This document shows, piece by piece, positions 1 to 12,917 of a stretch of DNA of 64,000 nt. The stretch comes from Octopus vulgaris (Eukaryota), in contig OX597817.1 of assembly GCA_951406725.2 (NCBI GenBank), positions 60,078,001-60,142,000 of the forward strand, written 5' to 3'. The translations under genes and the position numbers were made by a program. A model generated the notes under the pieces. That model was not told the DNA's origin and made no database searches. It worked only from the letters and a program-made list of their open reading frames with translations. Within the stretch, counting starts at the first letter, position 1, and each line of letters opens with the position of its first letter.

Positions 1-71
1 TCTCGAAGCTGTGGGATGGAGTTGAGCTGTGACAGACAGATAAACCATTTAGGAGAATAATAATAATAATG

Positions 72-107
<36 letters not shown>

Positions 108-118
108 ATAATAATAAT

Positions 119-412
119 GATATAGGAAGAATTTGGTGCATGCGAATGATAGAGGTCATACTTATAATAATTGGTGCACTGGGAAGAGTAAGCAAAGGTG
201 TTGACAAATGGTCGAAGGAGATTGAAATAGAATGCCTGGTAGAGTTCCTACAAAAAGTTTGTCTCTTAGGGACAGCGATGATTATCAGGAAGGTTCTAAG
301 TACTTGAAAGTCTGCTGAAAACTTGTAGATACTTAAGGTTACAGGTAGTAACCCGTTACCCACATAATCCCTGCCTGGAATAAGACCAGACCTGAGACAA
401 ACCAAAATAATA
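119..412 (+). mobile_element. 5'-truncated R4/Dong-type (RLE) LINE 3' end beside an (AAT)n/(ACT)n tract
   Basis: 122-307 translates IGRIWCMRMIEVILIIIGALGRVSKG...LQKVCLLGTAMIIRKVLST*, matching the IGALG...LQK..LLGT..I.RKVL C-terminus of R4/Dong elements; ends in aataataat. Confidence 0.8.
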
Positions 413-419
413 ATTCTTT

Positions 420-832
420 GTAATTTTTGGTACAAGGCCAGCAATTTTGAAGGGAAAAGTTGAGTGCATCAACACCAGTTCTCAACTGGTTCTCATTTTC
501 ATCAAGGATGGAAGGATGAATAACATAGTCAACCTTGGTGGTTTCAGAGGGCAGATTGTAACGCCAAGAAAAATACTGCTAAACATTGCCAAAAGTGCTA
601 GTTTGTCACCCTAATAATAAAGGTTTCAAATTTAGGCACAAGGCCAGCAATTTTGAGGGAGGCGTCTATTTGATTACATCAAGCTCAGTGATCAACTGGT
701 ACTTATTTTGTTGACCCCTAAAAGGATGAAAAGCAAAGTCGACTTTGGCAGAATTTGAACTCGGAACACAAAGATGGATCAAATGCCACTCTGCATTCTG
801 TCTGGTGTACTAACAATTCTCTCAGATTACCA
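420..832 (-). mobile_element. two degenerate copies of tRNA-derived SINE family A
   Basis: aaggatgaaaagcaaagtcgactttggcagaatttgaactc core, repeated many times in the window. Confidence 0.75.
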
Positions 833-1714
833 CCATAATGATAAAAATAATGATATTATAATCGTTAGGTAGAATCAGAGTACCACCAATTATTGAACCA
901 CAGGTATGGCCACAGCAAACCAGACTGCCATGTATTTTTTTTCATTTGTATGGGTTTGGTTGACCTAAATGAGAGGGAGAGAGATGGAGAGAGAGGGAGA
1001 GGGAGAGTGAGAGAGAGGGAGAGTGAGAGAGAGCAAGAGGGAGAGAAAGGGAGGGGGAGAGGGAGAGAGAGAGAATGTTTATTGGTATAGATTTGTATCA
1101 TCAAAAATGCATTGTCATGTTTGTGTCATGTTGATTTACTGATAAACATGCCTTTGCATTCTCAATATCTTATTGCAATTACAGCGACATCTTAAACCCT
1201 AATCTGACCATACATGCAGATATATATATATATTGATACACATATATGTACGTGTGTTTGTGTGTTCAAACTAATGCCTTTATTTATCTCTCTTCAGTAA
1301 ATCTATAATTGCATGTGTGCGTGTGTTTACGTATGCAGTTGTTATGATTCTGCAATTAAATACTGCACCAGAAAATTGGCCTTGTAATATTACATCTTCC
1401 TTTCATTATGTATTCTGTGTTATATGATCAAAACAGTTTAGTTAATTATTTAATTTGAAAGTGTAAGATGGCTTATTGTGTTGTGGTAATTACATTGAGG
1501 TAAATAACAAAGGAGACGTAGGTTCGATTCCCACTGGATTACCACTTTCAATCAATTACAGTTTGGATCTGAATATCTGCAAAATAACACTACTTAAAAG
1601 ATGCTACACATACACACACTTATGTCTTGGGCATAAAGGCACATTCAACATTGCAAAAAAATTTTTTAAATACAATAATAAAAACATGAAAATCTGACCC
1701 TGTTGTAACTTAAT

Positions 1715-2036
1715 TTAACTGGCACATAAAAAGCAGCATTCAAGTGCCACCAATGCCAGTGCCACCTGACTGGCTCCCTTGTGGTGGCACATAAAAAGCA
1801 CCATTTGAGCGTGGTCGATGCCAGTGTCACCTGACTAGCCTCCCCGTGCTGTGACACATAAAAAGCACCCACTACACTCTCAGAGTGGTTGGCATTAGTA
1901 AAGACATCCAGCTGTAGAAACCTTGCCAGATCAGATTGGAGCCTGGTGCAGCCTCCTGGCTTGCCAGTCCTCAGTCAAACCGTCTAACTTATGCCAGCAT
2001 GGAAAGCAGACATTAAACGATGATGATGATGATGAT
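1715..2036 (+). mobile_element. RTE-tailed SINE (family C) ending in (GAT)n
   Basis: gcatccagctgtagaaac-like core, ccagcatggaaa and (gat)n tail shared with many copies. Confidence 0.75.
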
Positions 2037-3232
2037 GTGTATATTGTGTTGTGCTAAGAAGCAGTTCATGGTACCAGGGTTTTTGACTTGAGGCAAATCT
2101 AACAAACCACTCCCAATCGCTTGTTAGTCTCCACAGAAGTGGAATCAGACCCCTGGACCAGTTAGTTTGTACTGGCATCAAGTCGTATAAGTTGTAATAA
2201 TGAAGTGAAGCCAATTAGTGATATTTTGCGATCATTTAATACATCCGTATCAGGTTTCTGTAATATATAATAGGAAATGTGTCCATTACATAAACCTTCC
2301 CCAGTTAAAACATAACCTGAGGTTATGATAGGAGGTACTTGGCCCAGAGGCCTGGAACCACTTCAAATCACACAGCCATGCCTCCTCCCCCACACACCAA
2401 CTGAGCTGGACTATTAGCTCAGCTCAGCCACGGTCAATGTGGACTAAGAAAAAACAACACATCCATATATGTAACATATTAGACACAATACCTGAAAATT
2501 TGGGTGGGGGTGGGTTTGGGAGTAGGGGTGGGTGCTAGTTGATTACATCAACCCCAATATGTGACTGGTCCTTATTTTATCAACCCCAAAAGGATGAAGG
2601 ACAAAGTCAACTTTGATGGAATTTGAACTCGAGACCATAAAGACACAAAATGCTAATAAGCATTCGGTCTGGTGTGCTAATAATTCCGTCAGCTCGTTGC
2701 CTTCACATGCACGAAAATTAGGAATAAATATTTTTAATTACAATAAATTGTATCAAAATATCGTTTAGGCAACCTAATGGCTCCTTTGTTTTTCAACACA
2801 TTAACACATACACAAATAAATTAAAACAAAGTTGCACGTACACAAGCAATGGTTTTTTTTTTTTAAATACATTAGAATGCACAAGTGCACACATCTGAAT
2901 TTAAGTCTACCAAGGACATATCAACATATTGTGATGTAATTCCTTTTTCTATCAAGTTCTGACCCTGACGAAATGTTCAATTAACTCTAATTCATTATGA
3001 ATCTTTCATTTAATTCTTCTAATCTGAATCAATTGGACATGGAAACTTTTCTTATACATCAATGGTAAGATACCCACATCCATCAATATGAAGCTAATAT
3101 CTTTTAGTATTTCAATGATACGCTGGATGAAACCAAGGAACCTGGATGCTGACATCCCTTTAAGAGGTATCTATATCCTTGAAATAATTAATATATATAT
3201 ACACACACATACACACACATATATATATATAT

Positions 3233-3271
<39 letters not shown>

Positions 3272-3314
3272 CATACATACATACATATAAATATAATAGC
3301 AATAAAGAGACTAC

Positions 3315-3701
3315 TTTTTATCTTTTACTCAGTTATTGGACTGTGGTCATACTGGAGCACCACTTTGAAGGATTTCATCAAAGAAATCACTCTCAGAACG
3401 TATTTCTATTTCCATTGAAGTTTGGTGCTTCTTCTCTCATTCTCTTTTTCTGAACAGTGAAGTCAGAAGGATGACTACAAACCAACACCAGTTGTCAAAT
3501 GAAGGTCAAACACAAAGACACATACACACACGCGTACAAGAGGCTTCACACAGTTTCCATCTACCAAATTCACTTACAAGGCATTGACTAACCCAGGGAT
3601 ATAGTAGAAGACACTTGTCCAAGCTTCTGCACTGTGGGATTGAACCCCAAAACCATGTGGTTGCAAGGCAAACGTCTTAACCACACAGCCAAGCCTGCGC
3701 C
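3315..3701 (-). mobile_element. tRNA-derived SINE family B
   Basis: reverse complement of the ggctgtgtggttaag...gggttcaatcccac...aagtgtcttctactat head seen in many copies. Confidence 0.75.
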
Positions 3702-4055
3702 CATTGTGTTGGCAAGGTTTAATTAAAGTCTTGGTTTACGACATTAATCTCCTAAGTATATGTTAATTCACAATTAAATATTGAATAACTATAAAAGATA
3801 GAGAAAGTCAATAAGCATTTTGGTAATTCCATCGTGCAGCTTAAGTGTCTGTATTATGAAACAGCAAATTAACAAAAACAACTTTAACTCTTAACATTGT
3901 TGTTTAATTTCATTGATAATTACACTAAATAAATACCCTGTGTAATTACATGAGTAATTAAGCAATTACTTCAACAAACATTGCGACTGCTGCAAAAAGA
4001 AGGAAATTATCTTCTCAGGTTTAAAAACTTTTCCAAACAATATTAGATTGAATAA

Positions 4056-4512
4056 GGGCTGCAAGATGGCAGAATCGTTAGCACGCCGGGCGAAATGCTT
4101 AGTGGTATTTTGTCTGTCTTTATGTTCTGAGTTCAAATTCTGCCGAGACCAACTTTGCCTTTCATCCTTTCAGGCCTGATAAATTAAGTACCAGTTGTGT
4201 ACTGGGGTTGATCTAATTGACTGACCCCCTCTCCCAAAATTTCAGACCTTGTGCTTAGAGTAGAAGTGAATATTAGATTGAATAAGGGCAGTGAGCTGGC
4301 AGAATCATTAGCACACTGGGCGAAATGCTTAGCAGTATTTCATCTGCCGTTTTGAGTTCAAATTCCGCCGAGGTTAACTTTGAATTTCCTCCTTTCTGGG
4401 TCGATTAAATAAGTACTAGCTACACACTGGGGTCGATGCAATCGACTTAATCTCTTTGGTAGTCCTTGTTTGTCACCCCTATGTTTATCCCCCTGTGGGC
4501 AATAAAGAAATG
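4056..4512 (+). mobile_element. two tandem SINE family A copies sharing a repeated target site
   Basis: A-box tggcagaatcg and B-box gagttcaaattc; aatattagatt repeated at 4039, 4269 and 4513. Confidence 0.8.
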
Positions 4513-5692
4513 AATATTAGATTAAACTGGGTCTGGTGAGTTTATCAGATACAAAAGAAAGAAAAAAAAAGAGAAAAAAACAAAGAAAAAGGTAAAAGTG
4601 CCTTAGGTGTTAAAATTTAGAGCCTTTCCAATTTAGGACAGTATCTGTTATCCGTATGGTGATGGGGGTGGGGGGTGATTTGTGTGTGCGTGTGTCTTTT
4701 ATCTTTTACTGACTTCAGTCATTGGATTGCGGCCATGCTGGGGCACTGCCTTGAAGAAATTTTAATTGAATGAATTCACCCCAGTATTTAGTTTTTCTTT
4801 TTTAAGTCTCACACTTATTCTATTGGTTTCTTCTGCTGAACTGCTAAGTTACAGGGACATAAATGGACCAACACCAGTTGTGAAGCAGCAGTGGGGGACA
4901 GACACAAATGCACACACACACACTTATATACGTATATATATAAGGCTTCTTGCAGTTTCTGTTTACCAAATTCACACCAAAGGCATTGGTTGGCCTGAGG
5001 CTAGAGTAGAAAACATCTACCCAAGGTTCCACACAGTGAGACTGAACCTGGAACCCTGAGGTTGGGAAACATGCTTCTTACCATACAACCACACCTGCAC
5101 CTATGTACGCGCATGAATATATCCTCCTTCTCCTCCTCAGTTAATGGTCATTTTCCATACTGGCTTGGGCTGGATAATTGGACAGGATCTGATACACCAG
5201 AGGGCAGCACCAAGCTCTAGTCTCAGCTTTGGCAGGTTTTCTATGGCTGGTGCCTTTCCTAATGCCAACCACCAGACACCATATACATGTTTCAGCTACT
5301 GGACAATAGCCTGTCCCCAGTATTTATTTATTACGTCTGGTATTTATTTTATTTTTGTAAATTGTCAAGTGAAGGAAAGAACAAAGTCCACCGAATAAAT
5401 AATTCTTTCTAATAAAAGGACAACGCCCGACATTTGGAGGAGGGAGCAATCGATTACACTGAGCCCAGTACTTGATTAGCCTTTTATTTTGCTGACCTTG
5501 AAAGAACAAACAGCAAAGCTGACACTGTTGGGATTTGAACTCTGAACATAAAGAGCTGGAAGCAATGCCGCCAAGTATTTTTTCCAAAGCATTAATGATT
5601 CTGTCAGTTCAACACCAAACGAACAACACAAGTAAAACGAAGGAGAAATAGCTTACCTTTTTTCAAAGTTCAAATTATCCGTGCACGCTTAC

Positions 5693-5748
5693 TAAATTCA
5701 CAACCGGTTTGGACAGTTTTTCTCTCTCACTTGCAGTGTCTTCATATT
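5693..5748 (-). CDS. candidate short coding exon of an unidentified host gene ([E]YEDTASEREKLSKPVVNL)
   Basis: acceptor atttcttttcatcttttgatag, donor TTA|gtaagc, open reading frame phase 1 to 0; alternative donor AAG|gtaagc at 5657 would include a stop. Confidence 0.4.
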
Positions 5749-6759
5749 CTATCAAAAGATGAAAAGAAATACTTTTTATCACAGATAAACAATGATTTAA
5801 ATGTATTCGACAAGCAACTAAACAAGAAAAACTAGTCTACTCATAAACAATGCACACACTTTCGGTGCAGGCAGGACCATGCGGCTGACAAGCTCACTTT
5901 GCAACCACATAACCTTAGGTTCCGTCCCACTGCACAGCACCTTATGCAAGTGTCTTCTACTATAACTCCAAGCCATCTAATGCGTTGTCAGTGAATTTGG
6001 TAGACGGAAACTATGTGAAGTCCTTTGTGTGTGTGTGTGTGTGTTTGTGTGTGTGTGGGCGTGTCTGTCAAAGGAAGTTATTTTATGGCATTTTTTTCAT
6101 TTGAAGCAGCAAAATTGTCAACTTGATCATATGGGATTATATGATTGTTTGTTACTTTCTGTGAAAATTTTTTTATTCCTTTATGATTTGAAGAGAGCAG
6201 AAAATGAAAACCAGGAGAAAGTGAAAAGGCAACATTTGCTTTGAAGTGAGAGCAGAAAGTGAAAGGTGTATGTATGTGTATATGAAATTGATATGTGTGT
6301 GTGTGTGTGTGTGCGCGCGTGCATGAGAGAGAGTGAATGAAGGTATGTGTTGTATTTATTTTGCATGTATGTGCAAGTGGCACTCTCTCTCTCTCTCACA
6401 CACAATCTTTCATATGCACGTACATAAATACATATGCATACATCTTTTTTGTATGTATGTGTGCATGTGGGAGAGAGAGTGACTGACTATTTCTTCATCA
6501 CATATAGAGAAATGGATGTCTTTTAGTTAAAGTTTTTTGGTTGTGGTTTGTTTTGATATAATGTTTGTCTAAATTTTCATAAATGTTTGTCTGAGTAGAA
6601 TTCTACACATGTGTGAAACATCAGATAAAAGTGAAATATTAGAAGCAAATCAAAATTTGCCCAAAAATGAACTCAAAATTGTATGATCTGACCTCATTTC
6701 CGAGGTTATTTTAGTAGTAAAAAACAGTTGTTGTGCCAAAAACATAGTTTATTTGGTAG

Positions 6760-6795
<36 letters not shown>

Positions 6796-7143
6796 TGATG
6801 AGCAGCTTTCTTTATTATAGTACAAATGTGACTAATTCAGAGAAACATAACTTTCTATTATTCACACATTGTCATTCTCGTAAGATAACACTTTATTATT
6901 TTGGTTCTAATTGAAAGTGTGAAACTATTTTCACTATCTATTGAAATCTGGTCATTCTGGAGCAGTGTCTTTCAAATAATTATAGCTAGTTGTTGAGATA
7001 ACGTAGAAAAGATGTAAATGAAAATAAAGTTTACTTGGTAGACGAAAGATTACCAAATTTTTTGATACTCCATTCATAAAAATCGGCAACTCAATTTTCG
7101 AATGCATAACGAACATATGCGCGCACACACACACTCTTTTATA

Positions 7144-7182
<39 letters not shown>

Positions 7183-7246
7183 ATATATATATATATAGCA
7201 ATAATAAATCTTAGAGCGAGTTATAAACAGTAGCTGCAACACATTG

Positions 7247-7629
7247 TGACGTATATTTGCCATTTAAACATGGCTAACCCCTAAGGGTGGATGCTACTGT
7301 AGTTTGTAGCCCCATTTATTATTGCTTGTTTACACTTTTTCGATATCAGTGTCTGTACGATACTGGAAAAAGGATATGTATTTGTGAAGGGAACCTACTT
7401 TTCATCGACAACTGTGATTGTCACACACCGATGACGGGTCAATACCCAGAAACTCGAGTCCGTGTGTATCATAAGCTGAAGACAGGAAGGATGGCTTCCC
7501 TTTGCAAATACTGATAGGGCACAGAAAGTGTGTCTATAGCTAGCTGGAGGAGGTGTCCTACTGGGGCTACAAACTACGGTAGCATCCACCCTTAGGGGTT
7601 AGCCATGTTTAAATGGCAAATATACGTCA
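7247..7629. mobile_element. foldback element with 68-bp inverted termini and an internal hammerhead motif (PLE-like)
   Basis: 7247-7314 and 7562-7629 are inverted with one mismatch; followed by (TA)n/(AGAT)n. Confidence 0.85.
7422..7466 (+). ncRNA. minimal type I hammerhead ribozyme motif, U4C variant, GUC site
   Basis: cacaca-CCGATGA-c-gggt-caat-accc-a-GAAA-ctcga-GTC-cgtgtg; palindromic stem III ACUCGAGU. Confidence 0.7.
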
Positions 7630-7646
7630 TATATATATATATATAT

Positions 7647-7726
<80 letters not shown>

Positions 7727-7783
7727 TTAGATAGATAGATAGTTAGATAGATAGTTAGATAGATAGATAGTTAGATAGATAGT

Positions 7784-7821
<38 letters not shown>
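7630..7821. repeat. (TA)n plus (AGAT)n microsatellite
   Basis: direct inspection. Confidence 0.95.
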
Positions 7822-7822
7822 T

Positions 7823-8395
7823 ACACAAGAGTTAAGGAACAGAGTAGATAAGATCCATGTTTCATAGTAAGTGGAACCTTAGAAGTGGTAAATATCCAAG
7901 CAGGGTGTATACTGCAGGCTACTCTTCAGGCCATGGGTATCTAGATTAAATGAAAGTTTACATTGTTGCAAGGGGGTACACGTTAATGCGTACCCCCTTA
8001 CGACAATGTAAACAGAAGGTTGTGGATTTTTTCCATATCAAACTATGATAAACTGAAAAAAGTTCTTTTTATATTTCATGGCAGGTAACCAGGGTTGCTG
8101 GGTGTGTGAATAAGAATACAAGAATTAAGGAAAGGGGTGGATAAGATCCGGAATACATATGTTTCATAGCAAATGAAATCTCGGAAATGGTAAACATCCA
8201 AGCGGGGTGTATATCACAGGCTACTCTTCAGGCCAAGGGTATCATATTCATTTAATCAAGATAACCTTGCCCTTAACTATTCTACTCCATTCATATTCGC
8301 ACACCTGGCAACCCTGGTCACCTACCATGAAATATAAAAAGAACTTTCTTCAGCTTATCGCTCATTGACACGGAAAAAAAATCTACAACCTTCCA
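7823..8395 (-). mobile_element. rearranged PLE-like element ends (direct and inverted duplications)
   Basis: 7823-7950 and 8117-8245 are direct copies; 8017-8120 is inverted relative to 8290-8393; 58-bp palindrome at 7956-8013. Confidence 0.65.
8151..8234 (-). ncRNA. hammerhead motif with an extended stem II (degenerate stem I)
   Basis: ggc-CTGAAGA-gtagc-(about 50 nt)-gctat-GAAAC-atat-GTA; the sister copy at 12848 restores the gcc stem I arm. Confidence 0.5.
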
Positions 8396-9412
8396 TTTCA
8401 ATAAACCACTCTTTTCCCTGAAAGTTGTTTTTTATATTTACTACACATTGCTTGAAGCTAACTTTCTTCCTACATCTTGATCCCTAGATCTTACATTATA
8501 TATATATTTTTATTTATATTCAGCCGCAGATCTACGGCTGAATCTGTTTTTAAAAGGCTCGCTTCGTGAGTTGCATTCCCTCGCATTCGGTACAATGTAC
8601 TTATTTATTATGGTAGTTTTTACTTTAAGGGTCCCTCCTAGTGTGAGGCATTTATGTATAGTAATACCCTTAATATAAATATTCAAAGGGAAAAATTTAT
8701 TAATTTTTCCCTTATGAGGTTTTTTAACACTAACTATTTGATAAATTTTATAACCTATTTTTAAATTGTAAAATTTATATATATATAGTATGTATATATT
8801 TATGTGTGTGTGTGTGTGTGTGTTTGTTTAGAATTAACCATTTGCTTTTAGATTTTGTTAATTAGTGAATATTCAAGAAAAATTACATATCGCCTAATTA
8901 ATCTCAAAGAGGCAAATTTATTCAACATAAAAAAATAAATACATATTTAGTCTTGTTTCCAAATTCTCCTTTTGTCTGACTCATCGGGGTTTCCCTGAAC
9001 TAAGCACATTTTACCATTCCACACTCCTATACACCCATATATATCAACAGGACTGTTTGTTCAACAGATTCTATCCAAACAGAACCATTGAATCACTGCT
9101 TTGCTTTAGAAACATTGATTTTTTAAAAACCATTCAAAGAACAAGCTGGATAGAAACATGTTATGCAAAGTTCAGATTTGTTTTAATTCTGACATTACAG
9201 ATGGGAAACAAACGAAGCATTTTCAAAGACATTATTTAAAAATTGTAAAGAAGACAGAACTATTTCCATGTCTCAATGACATATTTAAGTTAAAACAGGA
9301 AATAAAATAAAGAAAACAGTTGGATAAATTTGCCAATAAAAAAAAAGGCTAAAGAAATAAAACAAATGTTTACATCTGCTGCATAACAGTTTAAGCTTAA
9401 ATACTCATGCAT

Positions 9413-9446
<34 letters not shown>

Positions 9447-10109
9447 AAATACATTCTGAATGAGAGGGAGGGGGAGGAGAAATAATTTGAAACCACAACA
9501 TTAACTGTAATATTGATTTGTTTTGATTAGGCACAAGGCCAATATCCGAAGGGAAAGGAGGACAGTGAATGGAATCGGTCTCTGCCTATTATTGGCATTG
9601 GATGTTATTGACCTGTGAAGAATGACAGGACAAAGTATCTTGGGTTGGACAGCAATTCAAAATGAAATGATACAGAAGAGACAAGACGGAGAACAGCATC
9701 CGGTGGTCGGTGGTGAGGCTTTGCAGCTTGGGGAACTTAGGAGTGTGGAAGAGTAAGGAGTTTAGAGGAGTATGGGGTCACCATTACTCCCAGGTCTGCT
9801 CTGACCCAGGATGGTAGAACCTGTCAAGTACAAAGCAAACGGTATAAACTGGTTTAAGGCATTCAAGACTCAGAGGAGTCCAAGTTCACTTGCAAGGCAT
9901 TGACTGACCCAGGACTATAATAGAAGACACTGGTCCAAGGTATCATGGCATTGGAATTGAACCTAAAACAATGTGGTTGTAAACCAAGCTCATTAACTGC
10001 ACAATCATGCCTACATCTATATTCCTTAGGATGGTACTTTTCATTTAATGAGTTTTTTGTTAACAAGTGAAAATTAAGAGTAAATTAACTTGTAAATTGA
10101 GAATTATCT

Positions 10110-10885
10110 CGGAGCAGGCATGGCTGTGTGGTTAAGAGGCTTGCTTGGCAACCACATGGTTCTGATTTCACTCCTACTGCACAGCACGTTGGGCAAGTGT
10201 CTTCTACTATATCTCCAAGCTGACCAATGCCTTCTGAGTGGATTTGGTTGAGAGAAACTATATGGAAGTTTGTCACATCATCATCATTTAACATCCGTTG
10301 TCCTTGCTGGCATGGGTTGGATGGTTTGACTGGGCAGGTATGCTGGAAGGCTGCACCAGGATCCAGTCTGATTTGGCATGGTTTTGTACAGCTGGATGCC
10401 CTTCCTAATGCCAACATCTATGAGAGTGTAATGGGTGCTTTTACATGCTACTGGCACAGGTGCCATTTTCATGACACCAAGGTGCATTTATGTGCCACTG
10501 GCATACATGCCAATTTGCATGACATTGGTAGTTGCCACAACTGTAATTTTGCTTGGCTTGATGGGTCTTCCCATGTACGACATAATGCCAAAGGTCTTGG
10601 CCATTGCCTCTGTGAAGTCCAACACTCAAAAGGAACTCAGCCACTTTGTCTCTGTGAGGCCCAATGTTCAAAAGATGTTCTTTACATGCTGCCAGCAGGG
10701 GTACACTTGGCTTGATGGGTCCTCTCAAGCACAACACATCGCCAAAGGTCTTGGTCACCAGTCATTGCCTCTGTGAGGCTCCCAGTTCGAAGATCATGCT
10801 TCACCACTTTATCCCATGTCATCCTGGGTCTACCTCTACCATAGGTTTCTTCTACAGAGATCGGCACTTCTTTACACAGCTGTCC
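10110..10885. mobile_element. SINE B head (+) followed by family C SINE and RTE LINE 3' fragment (-)
   Basis: the minus-strand ORF 10682-10867 has GRGRPRMTW..VVKHDL, typical of RTE C-termini. Confidence 0.7.
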
Positions 10886-10940
10886 TCTCTCTCTCTCTCT
10901 GTATATATATATATATATATATAGATATATATATATATAT

Positions 10941-11097
10941 GAAAAAAGGTTTGCAATTTTAAAGATGTTTATTCACTTGACCAGTTTCAATTTTTTAGAA
11001 AAAGATTGTCAAAAAAAGATTGACAATCTTTTTCTAAAAAAGTGAAACCGGTCAAGTCAATAAAGATCTTTAAAATTGCATTTTCAAACCTTCTTTC
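10941..11097. repeat. about 157-bp imperfect palindrome between (TA)n tracts carrying a hammerhead 3' half
   Basis: arms ...ttagaaaaagattgtca / tgacaatctttttctaa...; contains GAAACCGGTC. Confidence 0.8.
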
Positions 11098-11149
11098 ATA
11101 TATATATTTCCACTTGTGCAGTATCTTACAACTTCCCTTTGTTTTATTC

Positions 11150-11209
<60 letters not shown>

Positions 11210-11430
11210 AGAGAGAGAGAGAGAGAGAGATAGATAGCTAGATAGATATACATACATACATACACATACACAGACATACAACCACCTGGAAGGCCTCCAC
11301 TCGGATGGATTGACAATGTAAAGAGAATAATAGGACCGTAGTGGAGGAGGGCAAGATCAAGAACGGAATGGATGAAATGCTGTGGCCCTTAGATTCAAAG
11401 CAACATCCAACAGTCTGGCAACAAAAGTGA

Positions 11431-11480
<50 letters not shown>

Positions 11481-11707
11481 AAATCACGATCACCATTTGT
11501 AGGCAAATGCCCTTCTTCTTGCTAACCCTCACCCGTTTCTAAACAAGGTAATATTTCCCAACAGCCAGACATGTTTTTCACAGAAGACTACAAATCAAGT
11601 ACACTGCCTGCATGAATGTGATGTTCATTTACAACCATCACATGATATCAAAGTAAGGGCACACTCACACATGCATGCATGCATGTACACACACTCACGT
11701 ATGTATG

Positions 11708-11957
11708 TATCATCATCATCATCATCATCATCGTTTAACGCCCGTTTTCCGCGCTAGCATGGGTTGGACGGTTTCGACCGGGGTCTGGGGAGCTCGGGAC
11801 TGCCCCAGGCTCCAATCTAGTCTGGCAGTGTTTCTACAGCTGGATGCCCTTCCTAACGCCAACCACTCCGCGAGTGTAGTGGGTGCTTTTTACGTGCCAC
11901 CTGCACAGGTGCCAGAGGGGTCTGGCATCGGCCACGTTCGGATGGTGCTTTTTATGT
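11708..11957 (-). mobile_element. young family C SINE copy
   Basis: CpG-retaining copy with (CAT)n tail. Confidence 0.8.
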
Positions 11958-12145
11958 GGGGGGGGGGTGCAGAAATATAGGGGAGCACCAGTATGTATGT
12001 ATTATGTAAGTGTTATTATAGGTGTTTGTCCTCCACCCCCATCACTTAACAACCAGTGTTGGATAGATTACACAAAGAGTATGGGGGAGGAATTCCGAAA
12101 GAGTGGCATCAAACAGCAACACTAAACAAATAGATAGATAGATAG

Positions 12146-12156
<11 letters not shown>

Positions 12157-12224
<68 letters not shown>
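12157..12224. repeat. (GA)n microsatellite
   Basis: direct inspection. Confidence 0.95.
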
Positions 12225-12226
<2 letters not shown>

Positions 12227-12526
12227 TGTGTTATCCACAGTCCACAGCTGAATGTTACGCAAGTAATTAAATATTTAAATATTTTAAATATAAACATTAT
12301 CGAAATAGTAAAATAATGGACAGAGTGTATTTTTGTAATTGTAAAACATGTTAGTTTGTTTTTGACCTGTACTAGAATTCATCAAACACACACACACACA
12401 CACACACACTTCCAAACAGAAATAGCTGTAACCTTGAGCTGTAATGTTGGCTGAGAGATGGACTTCAATGGTAAAATGTCAAAGTAAACTTGAAAGCTAC
12501 TGTTTGTGAAAAAGGGACAGACATAG

Positions 12527-12557
<31 letters not shown>

Positions 12558-12735
12558 AAAATATATACATGCTAGATTCAAAGGAACAAGTTGGATGTGA
12601 GAGCATCGAAATCAAGCACTTACGTATATATATATATATATATATATATGGATCTATGTTGTATCGAAACATGTGTAGTGGTCATTAAACAACTGTCAAA
12701 TCATACTCCATCTTACTTTTGACTATTTATTCTTT

Positions 12736-12800
<65 letters not shown>

Positions 12801-12917
12801 GCATACATATACATACAAGAGTTAAGGAAGGGAATGGATAAGATCCGGGCTACAAATGTTTCATAGTGCGCAGAACCTCAGAAGTGGTAAATATCCAAGC
12901 AAGGTGTGTATCACAGG

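Noticed and set aside
6880-6935. degenerate hammerhead (acacttt...aaagtgt-GAAAC)
   Set aside because: Core and stem I cannot be assigned
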